Assembly: GCA_030867685.1 (NCBI GenBank)
Contig: JAQOWU010000008.1
Span: 1,798,001-1,862,000 of the forward strand
Length of the DNA: 64,000 nucleotides
Direction: 5' to 3'
DNA from: Wickerhamiella versatilis
Taxonomy: Eukaryota
Within the stretch, counting starts at the first letter, position 1. Each line of letters begins with the position of its first letter. Under the pieces are notes generated by a model that saw only the letters and a program-made list of their open reading frames with translations, made no database searches and was not told where the DNA came from. This document shows, in pieces, positions 1 to 9,432 of this stretch. The position numbers and the translations under genes were made by a program.

Positions 1-1
1 G

Positions 2-2842
2 TTTCCAACACATACAGTATCAAGAAAGCTGGAGGCATTTTTGCATTCTCCACTAAATCCATGGTCTTCTGAGGACATTTGGGCTACAAAAGACCTGTTA
101 GAGCAGCTATCAATTCCAGAAAAGGATAGTATTCTATGTGGGCGTATCACTGCCGATTATATGGTGTTGATCCAGGAATGGGACCGCGCGATAGACGTGA
201 GTAAAGAATGCCTGGGTTTAGCTAAAGCTCAAGCTCATAATGTTGGTATATATTTACCTCATACCGAAAGCAAACTAATGTGTGCCTTGGGAACGGCCTA
301 TATTTATTTTCAGGCACCTCGAAACCATCCATTAGCTTCAGATTTATTTTCAGAGGTACTTGACTTAGAACAGGACAATCCCGAAGCTTTGGTTGGTAAA
401 GCACAGATCCTAGTTGAGCAAAAAGATATGGAGCAAGCAGAGACCATATTAAGGAAAGTTTTGGATTCTCATAAGGATCATATTCAGGCACTTGGAGAGT
501 TGGGCTGGTGTCTTGTTAGTAGTTCTGACAGCCAGGATATAGATGCTGGGAAAAAGCTTCTCCATCAGGCTTTGCACCATGAACATAATGCTTATTTCCG
601 AGCACAACTTAGGTGGCGTACAGGCTTTGCTGCATGGAAGATGGGTGAAACGAGTGATGCTTTTGATGCCTTCATGGCCAGCTTGAGAGAGTTGCCGAGC
701 TATGCGCCATCTTTTACATATCTTGGGCTCTTATACGAATCTCGTGGTGACGAGGGACGTGCTTATAAGTGTTTCTTCAAGGCAATCGAGTTAGATGCAT
801 CTCAAACAATCGCAGCAGAACATCTTTCTCGCAACTATGCAGACCAAGGACAGTGGGATCTTGTTAAGCTAGTAGCGGCAAATGTTGTTGGTACCGTATC
901 TAACAAGGCGGCTTGGCCTTATCGCGCCCTGGGGATAGCGTCGTTGAATGACCACCAGTGGAAGGATGCAGTTGCATACTTCCAGCGGTGTCTCCGTTTA
1001 GACCCAACTGATTCTGACTCCTGGGTTGGATTAGGCGAGGCATATATTGCTTCAGGTCGCTATAAGTCTGCAGAGAAAGCTCTTAAGCGAGCTTTAGAAT
1101 TAAACCCACGAAGCTTCCCTGCACACTATGTTTTAAGTCGGGCCCAAGTGGCTATACTCGATTTTCCCGCTGCAGCAGAGTCAATTTCACAAGCGCGTGA
1201 TCTTTTTGATGGAGATTCTCCGGCTCTGGCTTTTGCTGCAGTTGATGACAGCGTGATGGCAGCTCAATGGTACCTATCGCGAAGTGAACTGGGAGCAGCA
1301 ATAGACGCAGCTAATGTTGCACTTTTACTTTCAGAAGAAGAGCTATCGAGTAGGGTTGATCATAGCCGTGTATGGAGTGGAGCTTCGAGGGCTCTCGCTG
1401 TGATATCGAGCATTGGAAAACCCGAGTGCCGAGAAAGGGTACGTTCTCTCGAGAAGATTTTCCAACTTTCTGGTCAATCAGAATCCGGTGATGCCAGGCT
1501 CGATACATTTAGACTCGCTGAAATTGCACTTCTGAAAAGTGAAAACGAACCTAAACAATTGCGAGCAGAATTAAGCTACAATGCAGGTATCGCTGCATAC
1601 TCTGCAAAGAGAGATGCTGTGCCGTATTTACAGCAAGCGATTATGTATAACCGGAAAAATGCGAATTACTGGATAGCCTATGGAATGGCTTTAATACATG
1701 TGAATCCTTACGTATCTCAGCATTGTATTATTCGTGCACTCAGTATTAATGGTCGATCTCCCCTGGCATGGTCGGCTTTAGGTGTTCTCTATCTTATTCA
1801 TGGTGACTATGAGCTAGCATCTGAAGCACTAGACCGTGCATTAGCCATTGACGCGGATAGTGCTATGGCCTGGGTTGGGCAAGCGCTTTCAGAACACAAA
1901 CACAAACCAGCAACTTATGTTGCCAGATTATTGAATCAAGCTGCATTATTAGATGCCCCAACCGTTGCCTTGCCATTAGGACTAAGCGTCTATTGCTCGG
2001 AGAAGTTGGGACAGCAAAGTCCTATGAGCCAGGCAATTGCGACACTGGAGAAACTTTTGGAGCAAGAACCAGAGAACCCACTAGGGAGAAAGCTAAGCGC
2101 TCTTCTTTTAGAGCGTAGCGGCAGCTATGCTGATGCATTGCAACGTTATGATGACCTCTCCGGTAAGAGACGATGCTATCTTGCATTAAAGGATTGGAAT
2201 AAAGTGAAGAGTCTAAGTGACAACGTGATTGATATTGATTTAGAGTCTCTTCTTGTCTCAGGTCTTGCACAATACTTCTCTGGCAACTTTGAAGATGCAT
2301 TGGACCTTTTCATGGCTGCCCTGGAAGCGAGTGGATCTGAAAGCACCGTTGTATGTCTTTTAGTACAAGTTCTATGGTCTCAGCGTACAAGTGAAGCCCA
2401 AGAAGCAGCAATAGAGCAACTTTGGGCCGCTCTAGAACAGAGCCCAGGCGACTTATCATTGACATTACTCTTAGGTGTAATTGGAATACTCACTGGGGAT
2501 AATGAGGTAGCTGAGGCAGCTTCTGATGAATTGATCCAATTAATGCCTGGATTGAAGGGGAAAGACTTAGTCTCTGCTTGTATTGTGATCTCGCGTCTTG
2601 AGGAATCGAACCATGTCTTCCAAAGGGCAGTCATAATGCAGTCTCCTGGTACATATAGTTTATGGAAAAATCTAAGTACTGAGCAAGCACTTCAGTACGC
2701 AGTATCGAAGCAACTTCCTACTGCTGTTATCAGTGAAGCTTATGCAGCAGTTGGTGGGGTTGACAATTCAAGACGGGCCACGTTTATGTCTCCTACCAGC
2801 CCAAATACATGGAATGCTCTAATATCAGCCCAGAAAAACTAG
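2..2842 (+). CDS. SKI3: Superkiller complex TPR subunit Ski3 (5'-partial; frame open to window edge)
   Basis: Many TPRs with Ski3-like segments (YAPSFTYLG, RAYKCFFKAIELDAS, WPYRALG, SWVGLGEAYIASGRY, SQHCIIRALSIN); no stop upstream of 41 in this frame. Confidence 0.85.
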   Translation, partial: FPTHTVSRKLEAFLHSPLNPWSSEDIWATKDLLEQLSIPEKDSILCGRITADYMVLIQEWDRAIDVSKECLGLAKAQAHNVGIYLPHTESKLMCALGTAYIYFQAPRNHPLASDLFSEVLDLEQDNPEALVGKAQILVEQKDMEQAETILRKVLDSHKDHIQALGELGWCLVSSSDSQDIDAGKKLLHQALHHEHNAYFRAQLRWRTGFAAWKMGETSDAFDAFMASLRELPSYAPSFTYLGLLYESRGDEGRAYKCFFKAIELDASQTIAAEHLSRNYADQGQWDLVKLVAANVVGTVSNKAAWPYRALGIASLNDHQWKDAVAYFQRCLRLDPTDSDSWVGLGEAYIASGRYKSAEKALKRALELNPRSFPAHYVLSRAQVAILDFPAAAESISQARDLFDGDSPALAFAAVDDSVMAAQWYLSRSELGAAIDAANVALLLSEEELSSRVDHSRVWSGASRALAVISSIGKPECRERVRSLEKIFQLSGQSESGDARLDTFRLAEIALLKSENEPKQLRAELSYNAGIAAYSAKRDAVPYLQQAIMYNRKNANYWIAYGMALIHVNPYVSQHCIIRALSINGRSPLAWSALGVLYLIHGDYELASEALDRALAIDADSAMAWVGQALSEHKHKPATYVARLLNQAALLDAPTVALPLGLSVYCSEKLGQQSPMSQAIATLEKLLEQEPENPLGRKLSALLLERSGSYADALQRYDDLSGKRRCYLALKDWNKVKSLSDNVIDIDLESLLVSGLAQYFSGNFEDALDLFMAALEASGSESTVVCLLVQVLWSQRTSEAQEAAIEQLWAALEQSPGDLSLTLLLGVIGILTGDNEVAEAASDELIQLMPGLKGKDLVSACIVISRLEESNHVFQRAVIMQSPGTYSLWKNLSTEQALQYAVSKQLPTAVISEAYAAVGGVDNSRRATFMSPTSPNTWNALISAQKN

Positions 2843-2873
2843 AATAAGAGATTTAATGTTCCCTATAAGGATT

Positions 2874-4058
2874 TTAATTCTTACCAGCACCTGCGCGGAA
2901 GTATACGATGTCACCATCCTCAATTTCGTAATCTTTGCCTTTTATGAGAAGTTTTCCATGTGATTTTACCTCAGCTTCACTGCCAAATTCGACAAGATCG
3001 TTGTAGTGTTGAACTTGAGCCTGAATAAAGGTCTTTTGAAGATCACCATGAATGACACCAGCCGCGGCAGGAGCCTTGACACCTTTACGAATCGTCCACT
3101 CACGAACCTCATCGTGCCCGCACGTGAAGAAACTGATAAGACCAAGAGCTTGGCGCATTGTGGTGATAATCTTCGGCAGAGCACTTTGTGTACCCAGCTT
3201 TTCCAGTTCAGCATTGCGTTCCTCATCTGACTCCATTAAGGCAAGACGCTCTTCAAGACACACACTAATCGGAATGATAGAGTCACCAGGACTGAATTCA
3301 TCAACCCATTGCTTAAACGCCAGAAGATGCTTGTTCTTCTTACGAATGTAGTCTCTTTCGCTCAAGTTCACCAGATATATAGAAGGCTTTGCGGTGAGCA
3401 GAAACATTCGGTTGATGACTTCGACCTCTTTCGGCGACCAGTCTCCGTTATAAACACGCTTGCCGGACTCAAGTAGCTCCAAGACCTTGCCCGAGATTTC
3501 AACCTCATCCTTCGCAGCTTTCACTTCCATAGACTGGCCTCCACGCCTAGCAATCTTATCAGCACCTTCACGATACTTCTTAGCAAAATCAATGTCCTTC
3601 AACCGCAGCTCGTCGTTTATAATTCTCAAGTCACGTACTGGATCTACGTCGCCTTCGATATGAATGATATCGGCATCATCGAAGCAGCGCACGACTTGAT
3701 AAATGGCATCCACAGCTCGAATATTTGATAAGAATGCATTTCCCAGTCCCTCACCATCAGAAGCACCCTTGGTGAGACCTGCAATATCGAAAACGGTGAG
3801 AAAAGCTGGAACTTCACTTGCAGGGTGATACATAGAACAAAGCTTGTCGAAGCGAGGAGAAGGCACAATTACACGAGCCTCCTCGGGCTCGATTGTAGCA
3901 AAAGGATAGTTTGCGGGATTACCGAGAGGACTACGGGTAATGGATTGGAAAAATGTTGACTTACCTACGTTGGCAAGGCCCACTATACCAGACTTTAGAT
4001 TATTACCTGGACGACCAAGAGGAACCTTTCCTTCTCCAGCATTTTTCTTTGGCGGCAT
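2874..4058 (-). CDS. OLA1: Obg-like ATPase Ola1/YchF
   Basis: [26 protein letters not shown]-terminal TGS ([14 protein letters not shown]). Confidence 0.97.
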   Translation of the reverse strand: MPPKKNAGEGKVPLGRPGNNLKSGIVGLANVGKSTFFQSITRSPLGNPANYPFATIEPEEARVIVPSPRFDKLCSMYHPASEVPAFLTVFDIAGLTKGASDGEGLGNAFLSNIRAVDAIYQVVRCFDDADIIHIEGDVDPVRDLRIINDELRLKDIDFAKKYREGADKIARRGGQSMEVKAAKDEVEISGKVLELLESGKRVYNGDWSPKEVEVINRMFLLTAKPSIYLVNLSERDYIRKKNKHLLAFKQWVDEFSPGDSIIPISVCLEERLALMESDEERNAELEKLGTQSALPKIITTMRQALGLISFFTCGHDEVREWTIRKGVKAPAAAGVIHGDLQKTFIQAQVQHYNDLVEFGSEAEVKSHGKLLIKGKDYEIEDGDIVYFRAGAGKN

Positions 4059-4195
4059 GTTGCAGTTTTTGTTGTAACGAAAAAAAGATTAGTCACTTAG
4101 AAAGCATTGTGTTTCTAGCATGCTAGGCTCATGTTCGGGAGTTAATAGTGGTAACTTAGCATTAAAAAATAATTATAATTTAAGAGAACTTATTT

Positions 4196-5374
4196 TTATG
4201 AAGTACCCTCCATTACAAATTTGACTTCCTTGTCGCGGGATGCACAGCGAAGCGGGTCCGATCCAATAGCCAAGGCTACAGCAGACTTTTCGGCCTCAAA
4301 CTGTCTCTGAGTTTCACTAGTGCCATTTCTAGTCTCAAAATCTGCCCATTTTTTCCAAAAAATACTTCCAGCTGCTGTGAGTGGATCATTAAAGACAGAA
4401 GCGTAGCTATAAGCTGCTCGAGCTCGCTGTGGGTTGTTATGCTTTTCCTCGTAAACTGCTAAATCTTGGGATAAATAATTGGCATCACGATCATTTAATG
4501 ATTCAAGCGACTCCACATATGTCGTCTCGAAGGGGGAGAGTTTAAGCATATACTGAACAAGGTCTGGCCTATTTTGGGGGGCAACGGACCACAATGCTTT
4601 CTTCAAAACAGCAAGTCTATCAATTTTAGAGGCTCTACTTGCCGCAAAGCTTAGCCAGAGTTTCATGTCGTGGGGATGGCGTGATATAGCCTGCTCGAAT
4701 AAGTCCTTCTCCGGAAAATCTTCAAGATACATTCGCCATAATTCAATTTGTAACTTTGATGGGAAAACCCGGAGAGACTTCTCATAGACTCGCATCTTAA
4801 GACTTGTCGAGTCGAGGGACGATATAATGTCAGAGAGACCATTCAAGGTTAGAGTACGTTTATCACAGGCCTTTAAAAAGATGTCATACTTTTCACTGAT
4901 AGGCGCATTTCTAACGTAGCAAGTCCAAAGATCGCCATCTCGACAGCTCTGTACACCTTTTAAGAGAATACTTTGTGATTGACTAGTGTCCAATGCAGAC
5001 CAACTCAGCCAGAGAAATCCTGCTTCGGCACTACGCCATCGTCTTCTAAATGCCGCATCAAAGGTAGCACGGCCTAGTTCCAACTGCCCATTCGCAAAGT
5101 AAAGGCCCGCTATGGCCGCGTATATCCTGGGAGACTGACAGAACTCTGTGGCCCTTGTGAGCTCTTCTAACTTACGCTTACGATTCTGGAACAATTCTGC
5201 TCGTGCAATCCAAACCGAATCGTCCTCGGGAATTTCTTTGATCAGAAGGTCACTGAGCAATAGTGGTCTTAGCGGCAAGTGCTTTGTTGCTTCAGACGTA
5301 CTCAAATTATCCCATAGAGCGCAGAACTCAGCCACACTCGAAGCATTAGAGATATTTTTGGACCTCTTTTCCAT
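4196..5374 (-). CDS. SYF1: HAT-repeat splicing factor, short Syf1-like protein
   Basis: HAT repeats (LWxxY); C-terminus RARAAYSYAS..DP..FWKKWADFETRNG resembles the Syf1/XAB2 C-terminus; only 392 aa. Confidence 0.6.
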   Translation of the reverse strand: MEKRSKNISNASSVAEFCALWDNLSTSEATKHLPLRPLLLSDLLIKEIPEDDSVWIARAELFQNRKRKLEELTRATEFCQSPRIYAAIAGLYFANGQLELGRATFDAAFRRRWRSAEAGFLWLSWSALDTSQSQSILLKGVQSCRDGDLWTCYVRNAPISEKYDIFLKACDKRTLTLNGLSDIISSLDSTSLKMRVYEKSLRVFPSKLQIELWRMYLEDFPEKDLFEQAISRHPHDMKLWLSFAASRASKIDRLAVLKKALWSVAPQNRPDLVQYMLKLSPFETTYVESLESLNDRDANYLSQDLAVYEEKHNNPQRARAAYSYASVFNDPLTAAGSIFWKKWADFETRNGTSETQRQFEAEKSAVALAIGSDPLRCASRDKEVKFVMEGTS

Positions 5375-5438
5375 ATCTCAATCGTTCCTGCTTGGAGCTT
5401 CTCAGTATGAGACTCTTCTTCTGAGTCAGGACGTCATC

Positions 5439-5765
5439 ATGGCTCTGCTATTAGACCAACAGCTTGTTGGAGAGGTGGCTGAGTACTGTCCTCGTGAATT
5501 TCTCAAATATTATCAGTGTTTAGGTGAAGGCGATGCATCAGCATGCTTTGGAGAGCAGAAGAAGCTTTCTAACTGTGTTAAGACGTCTTCTCCTACTTTC
5601 ATCAAGATCCTGGAGCGTTGCCAGCCTCTTATGTCCGCATATGAAGACTGCATAAGACAAAATCCAGATTATCGGACCAAGTGTTTTGATAGGTTAAAGG
5701 AGATGAGGGTTTGCACATCTTCCGTTGGTCGAGACATGATGAAAGAGAATCCTCAATCAATATAG
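5439..5765 (+). CDS. MIX14: Mitochondrial IMS double twin-CX9C protein (Mix14/Mic14-like)
   Basis: First ATG at 5439; four CX9C motifs in 108 aa; the ORF-track extension to 5148 overlaps the opposite gene. Confidence 0.75.
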   Translation: MALLLDQQLVGEVAEYCPREFLKYYQCLGEGDASACFGEQKKLSNCVKTSSPTFIKILERCQPLMSAYEDCIRQNPDYRTKCFDRLKEMRVCTSSVGRDMMKENPQSI

Positions 5766-5825
5766 ATTAACTAGTTCCAGACTATTAGAAATGTTTAGAT
5801 CAAACAGCTCATAAATAAATTACGC

Positions 5826-6215
5826 CTAAGCAAGATGAGGTGGGAGTAAAAAGTTAGGAATCGAGTTCTTGATATAGTAGACGTGCCCGCAGTTGCGACA
5901 TGTCATTTCGCCTTCTTGGATTTGTGCTTCAAGAAGAAGAGTATGCAAGTCTTTAACAACTTGCATGGTTTCTGGAGCCTCTGGATCTTCTATTTCAGGT
6001 TTCGCTTCAGGTAGGCTTGTATTTCCCAAATCACTGGCCACTGAAAGAAGGGCCGACCAGTCCAACTTTCCCAGCATGTTAACAATAAATTCTGGATCGA
6101 AATCAAGCTCCCGTCTAACCATAGCACAATCATTGTACTTTAATGGAAATGCATTTGTGGAACGTTGACAAGATGGGACTGCACATTGTACAAAGTTTGT
6201 AGTTAGAACTTTCAT
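5826..6215 (-). CDS. TRM112: Methyltransferase activator Trm112
   Basis: MKVLTTNFVQC...EGEMTCRNCGHVYYIKNSIPNFLLPPHL. Confidence 0.97.
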   Translation of the reverse strand: MKVLTTNFVQCAVPSCQRSTNAFPLKYNDCAMVRRELDFDPEFIVNMLGKLDWSALLSVASDLGNTSLPEAKPEIEDPEAPETMQVVKDLHTLLLEAQIQEGEMTCRNCGHVYYIKNSIPNFLLPPHLA

Positions 6216-6251
6216 TTCCCTGTGAAATTTGATTAGTCAAACAAAGAATCG

Positions 6252-6333
6252 GTATGGTGACGAAAAATCTTTTTGCGGAGACCTTTAACATGATCCCAAG
6301 CAATAACCTCTAAGAAGCCCTGAGTACTAACAG
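6252..6333 (+). ncRNA. Intron-encoded box C/D snoRNA (U61-like guide to 18S CUUCUUAGAGG)
   Basis: Intron GTATGG(6252)..TACTAAC-AG(6333); box C GTGACGA 6257-6263; guide CCTCTAAGAAG; box D CTGA 6320-6323. Confidence 0.75.
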
Positions 6334-6340
6334 TTTGAAG

Positions 6341-6422
6341 GTATGCAATGATTAACTTCAATATCTATCTGTCAATCCACTGATTTTCAGCGTGACGACA
6401 CCTGGACAATGAGCTAACGCAG
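6341..6422 (+). ncRNA. Intron-encoded box C/D snoRNA (snoR14/SNORD110-like guide to 18S GGAUUGACAGAU)
   Basis: Intron GTATGC(6341)..GCTAAC-GCAG(6422); box C ATGATTA 6348-6354; 12-nt guide ATCTGTCAATCC; D' CTGA 6380-6383; C' GTGACGA 6392-6398; D-like ATGA 6409-6412. Confidence 0.75.
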
Positions 6423-6512
6423 AATCTCGCAAGGTCGAACTAACAAGGAATCGGCATGCTTTGCTTAAGACTAAAATATTGTATCTATTTATTTATATAT
6501 AGACATATGAGG

Positions 6513-7001
6513 TCACTTAACTTTTTGGATTGTCCACTGTGTATTGACAATATTTACTTCCGAGCCAGCAGACTCGTCATAGTCATACCATTCACCTTCT
6601 TCAAATTCAAAAATAAATGGCGATCCATTATGCAGAGACTCAGTTTTGAATTTACCCAGCGGCGAAAACTCAAGGAGATCCAGTCCTCTACAATCAAATT
6701 GAACTAAATTCTTCGTACTGCCCGATTCTTCTGCGGTGTATGAAGCTTTAGAAAGATCAGAGGTGACACTAATGTTGCCCTCGCTACCACAGAATTTGCA
6801 TTTCATCGTGAAATTGGCTTCGCCACGGCTTCTAGAGAGAGGGAACATCTCATGTGCATTGAAGCCAATAGCATTGTCTCTAGTTTCTTGGCATTTGGTA
6901 CAAGCAACTTTGAACGTGAAAAAATAAGGAGATGAAGGGCTATCAACGAAAGTCAAATTCGTAACGCCATCAAGATCTGCTTTAAGAGATAGGGCCAACA
7001 T
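6513..7001 (-). CDS. CXXC zinc-binding protein, DUF866/UPF0587 (YCR090C/CZIB-like)
   Basis: CTKC and CKFC pairs, SRGEANF, FDCRG, EWYDYDE. Confidence 0.9.
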   Translation of the reverse strand: MLALSLKADLDGVTNLTFVDSPSSPYFFTFKVACTKCQETRDNAIGFNAHEMFPLSRSRGEANFTMKCKFCGSEGNISVTSDLSKASYTAEESGSTKNLVQFDCRGLDLLEFSPLGKFKTESLHNGSPFIFEFEEGEWYDYDESAGSEVNIVNTQWTIQKVK

Positions 7002-7036
7002 TTATTTGTCAGTGTGGGTCTGGTTTCCCACTGCGG

Positions 7037-8026
7037 ATGCGTCATGGCCGTGTACTCCATCTAGCGCAGAACTTATTTGCACCATGGCAGGGAAGATATA
7101 ATGTTCTAGGTGCAGAAGGCCTAAATAATGCATTTGGGGTAGGGAAAATACAAAGTACACGCCTGCAGGCGGCTACGCGGCGTATTGCCGAGCAATTTCT
7201 CGTGTATGAAGCGATGGAGCAGGCTTTACTCGAACACGAAGAGCAGCATGATTTTGGTAGAATTGTTGAGGTTGATGAGAGAATGATCCAAAGTTTGGAC
7301 AGAGAAAACTTAATGGACCTACGCCGATTTCTTTTCCGGCGATACGTTCTTCCTACAGAGGGCCTCAAAGAATATGTTGAGAGGGCGGAGCTTGTTCCAC
7401 AAGAGCACCAATTATCCCAGGAACCTCAAGACGTACGAAGCCGGTTGCTGAAGTTGCTTTCAGCAGAAAAACCGGCTTTGGGGGAAATTGCAGCTTGTCT
7501 AGCTGATGCACAGAATCCTGACCTTAATATGTTCAAAATGGCTATAAGTCGCCTGAGGCGCAGGGGCTACTTTGGACCAGCACAGGTTGTTTTGGACAAT
7601 CTAGTCATGTCGCGGATGCAACTTGATTCTGAACTTTTGGTAATGGCCCTTGACTTGGCAGCTATTAGTGGAAACCGGAAACTATTCTTAAATTACGCAA
7701 GTATAGGGATTGGTAGGGGTGAATCTCTTGCTAAGCGGTTCGATGTCGATAGAGGATCTCCTGAAAATGTTTTGGTCTCTGTAGCACAAGGCGCTATAAA
7801 ATTCCATGAGGATGAGATACTAACGAATGCCTTAAAGCTTGATAAGGACTCTCTGACTTTGCATCTTTTGAATTTGCGAGCGGCTACAAGATGGAGAGAC
7901 AACAAGAGACTGGACTGGACGAAGAAACACTTACCTGCAAACTGGCGACTTAAGGCATCACCTAGCCTTATTGATGATCTTACGGATGCATTTAGAAGGG
8001 CAGAAAAGTCAATAAATGGTGTTTAA
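7037..8026 (+). CDS. Uncharacterised helical-repeat (PPR-like) protein, possibly mitochondrial
   Basis: 329-aa ATG ORF; basic N-terminus; PPR-like segment NMFKMAISRLRRRGYFGPAQVVLDNL. Confidence 0.5.
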   Translation: MRHGRVLHLAQNLFAPWQGRYNVLGAEGLNNAFGVGKIQSTRLQAATRRIAEQFLVYEAMEQALLEHEEQHDFGRIVEVDERMIQSLDRENLMDLRRFLFRRYVLPTEGLKEYVERAELVPQEHQLSQEPQDVRSRLLKLLSAEKPALGEIAACLADAQNPDLNMFKMAISRLRRRGYFGPAQVVLDNLVMSRMQLDSELLVMALDLAAISGNRKLFLNYASIGIGRGESLAKRFDVDRGSPENVLVSVAQGAIKFHEDEILTNALKLDKDSLTLHLLNLRAATRWRDNKRLDWTKKHLPANWRLKASPSLIDDLTDAFRRAEKSINGV

Positions 8027-8032
8027 AATATT

Positions 8033-9316
8033 TCATATCTTTAGTATCTTGAATGCCCATGATGCGACATTTAAAGCGATAGGAGGTATGCCTGCATATA
8101 CAATAAGCCGCAGAATCACATCTACATCATAATGCTTTTTAGACTGAACTACTGTGCTCTCCTCCATTTTTATTCCTCGTGCGCGAGCCTCGTAGATATC
8201 AGCTTGTGATTGTGGTCCTACGGAGTCGCTCCGGCCCCTCGTTTTGCGTAATTGTTTGATCATCCCTTGAATCTGCCTGGAGGGGTCAGGAATAAATTCA
8301 TCACGATGCGTAGAAGGAATCTCATCATAATTAGATCGATAAAATTTGCGAGGCAGGAGAAAACCGACTTTGCGAAAGTATGCCCATATTGGAGGCATCA
8401 CTTTCAGCAAAACCCGCTTGGAAATTGATCTCCAAGTAACCACCAAGCTTACTCCAATCAAGAATCTGAGAAATCCTGCTATTATCCCGTTGTCGTGATG
8501 CCATTCAATTCCATCCCTCCATGGCAAATTATATTGCAAAGTTTGAGCCCAACATAAACCGATGAGCACCCCTAGGAACGAAACACTGTCATCAAAGCAG
8601 GGGCAATCATCTACAGGCTGAGGAGATATCGCAATGGCAATTAGCGAAATAGCTGTTACGACCAAACTAGATGACATATTATGACCAACATCATACACGC
8701 TTATAGCCATGCGAAGAGCCCACACAATATAGCCCAGTATTAACCCAATAAAAACGTCAAGAAACCCATGCATACCAGTATATAATCTGCCAAATACGAG
8801 GGTCGTGAGAAACCACAGCTTAAGCCAAATATGGTTCGGAAAAAGAAGAATAAAACTCAAAGAATTCACAGTATGTGTACTAGGGCATCCATATTCAAGT
8901 GTAGCCGATCCGCTCATAGAAATGCGGTGCACTGGGGGACTAAGTGGTCTTGGTAAACACAAATAGTCTTTTACCGCCCCGCTGAGATACACACCCAGGA
9001 CTAATATCCAGATTACATCTTCACCAAGGTTTCGATTTCCAAACCAATAGAATACTGGAAGCATTATCATATAGAAAGTATGGGTACCAATGTTCGCTGT
9101 AAGAGCAAAGTAGTGATCCAAGAACCATGATCGACATGTTTTCTGCAGCTGTGCCAAAATTTGAGTCTCTGGGCGAACTATCTCACGAGCATTCCTCCTT
9201 ACTGCCAACCTGAATGGTCCCATTTGTTTAGCATAGTGGTTTTCGTGCGCAGTGCCCGCGTCACGCATCGAGCATATAGAGGTGATAATGTAATCCGTCA
9301 CATGATACCTATACAT
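8033..9316 (-). CDS. LCB3: Sphingoid base-1-phosphate phosphatase (PAP2; Lcb3/Ysr3); start may be the ATG at 9268
   Basis: KDYLCLPRP, EYGCPSTH, GRLYTGMH, PVDDCPCFDDSV. Confidence 0.9.
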   Translation of the reverse strand: MYRYHVTDYIITSICSMRDAGTAHENHYAKQMGPFRLAVRRNAREIVRPETQILAQLQKTCRSWFLDHYFALTANIGTHTFYMIMLPVFYWFGNRNLGEDVIWILVLGVYLSGAVKDYLCLPRPLSPPVHRISMSGSATLEYGCPSTHTVNSLSFILLFPNHIWLKLWFLTTLVFGRLYTGMHGFLDVFIGLILGYIVWALRMAISVYDVGHNMSSSLVVTAISLIAIAISPQPVDDCPCFDDSVSFLGVLIGLCWAQTLQYNLPWRDGIEWHHDNGIIAGFLRFLIGVSLVVTWRSISKRVLLKVMPPIWAYFRKVGFLLPRKFYRSNYDEIPSTHRDEFIPDPSRQIQGMIKQLRKTRGRSDSVGPQSQADIYEARARGIKMEESTVVQSKKHYDVDVILRLIVYAGIPPIALNVASWAFKILKI

Positions 9317-9432
9317 CTTTACGATTTTACTATCTCGTATATAATAAAAAAATGAAACAGGGATTATATAAACGCACTGTTTAAATCTTCACTCTCAAAC
9401 TTTTTTTGAACAATTGGAAACGACGCTATAAA

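Noticed and set aside
5148-5438. Non-ATG N-terminal extensions in the ORF track (also RRB1, FAB1, ECM2, MDR1, WLM)
   Set aside because: GTG/TTG starts are an ORF-caller artefact in a eukaryote; they overlap neighbours or promoters.
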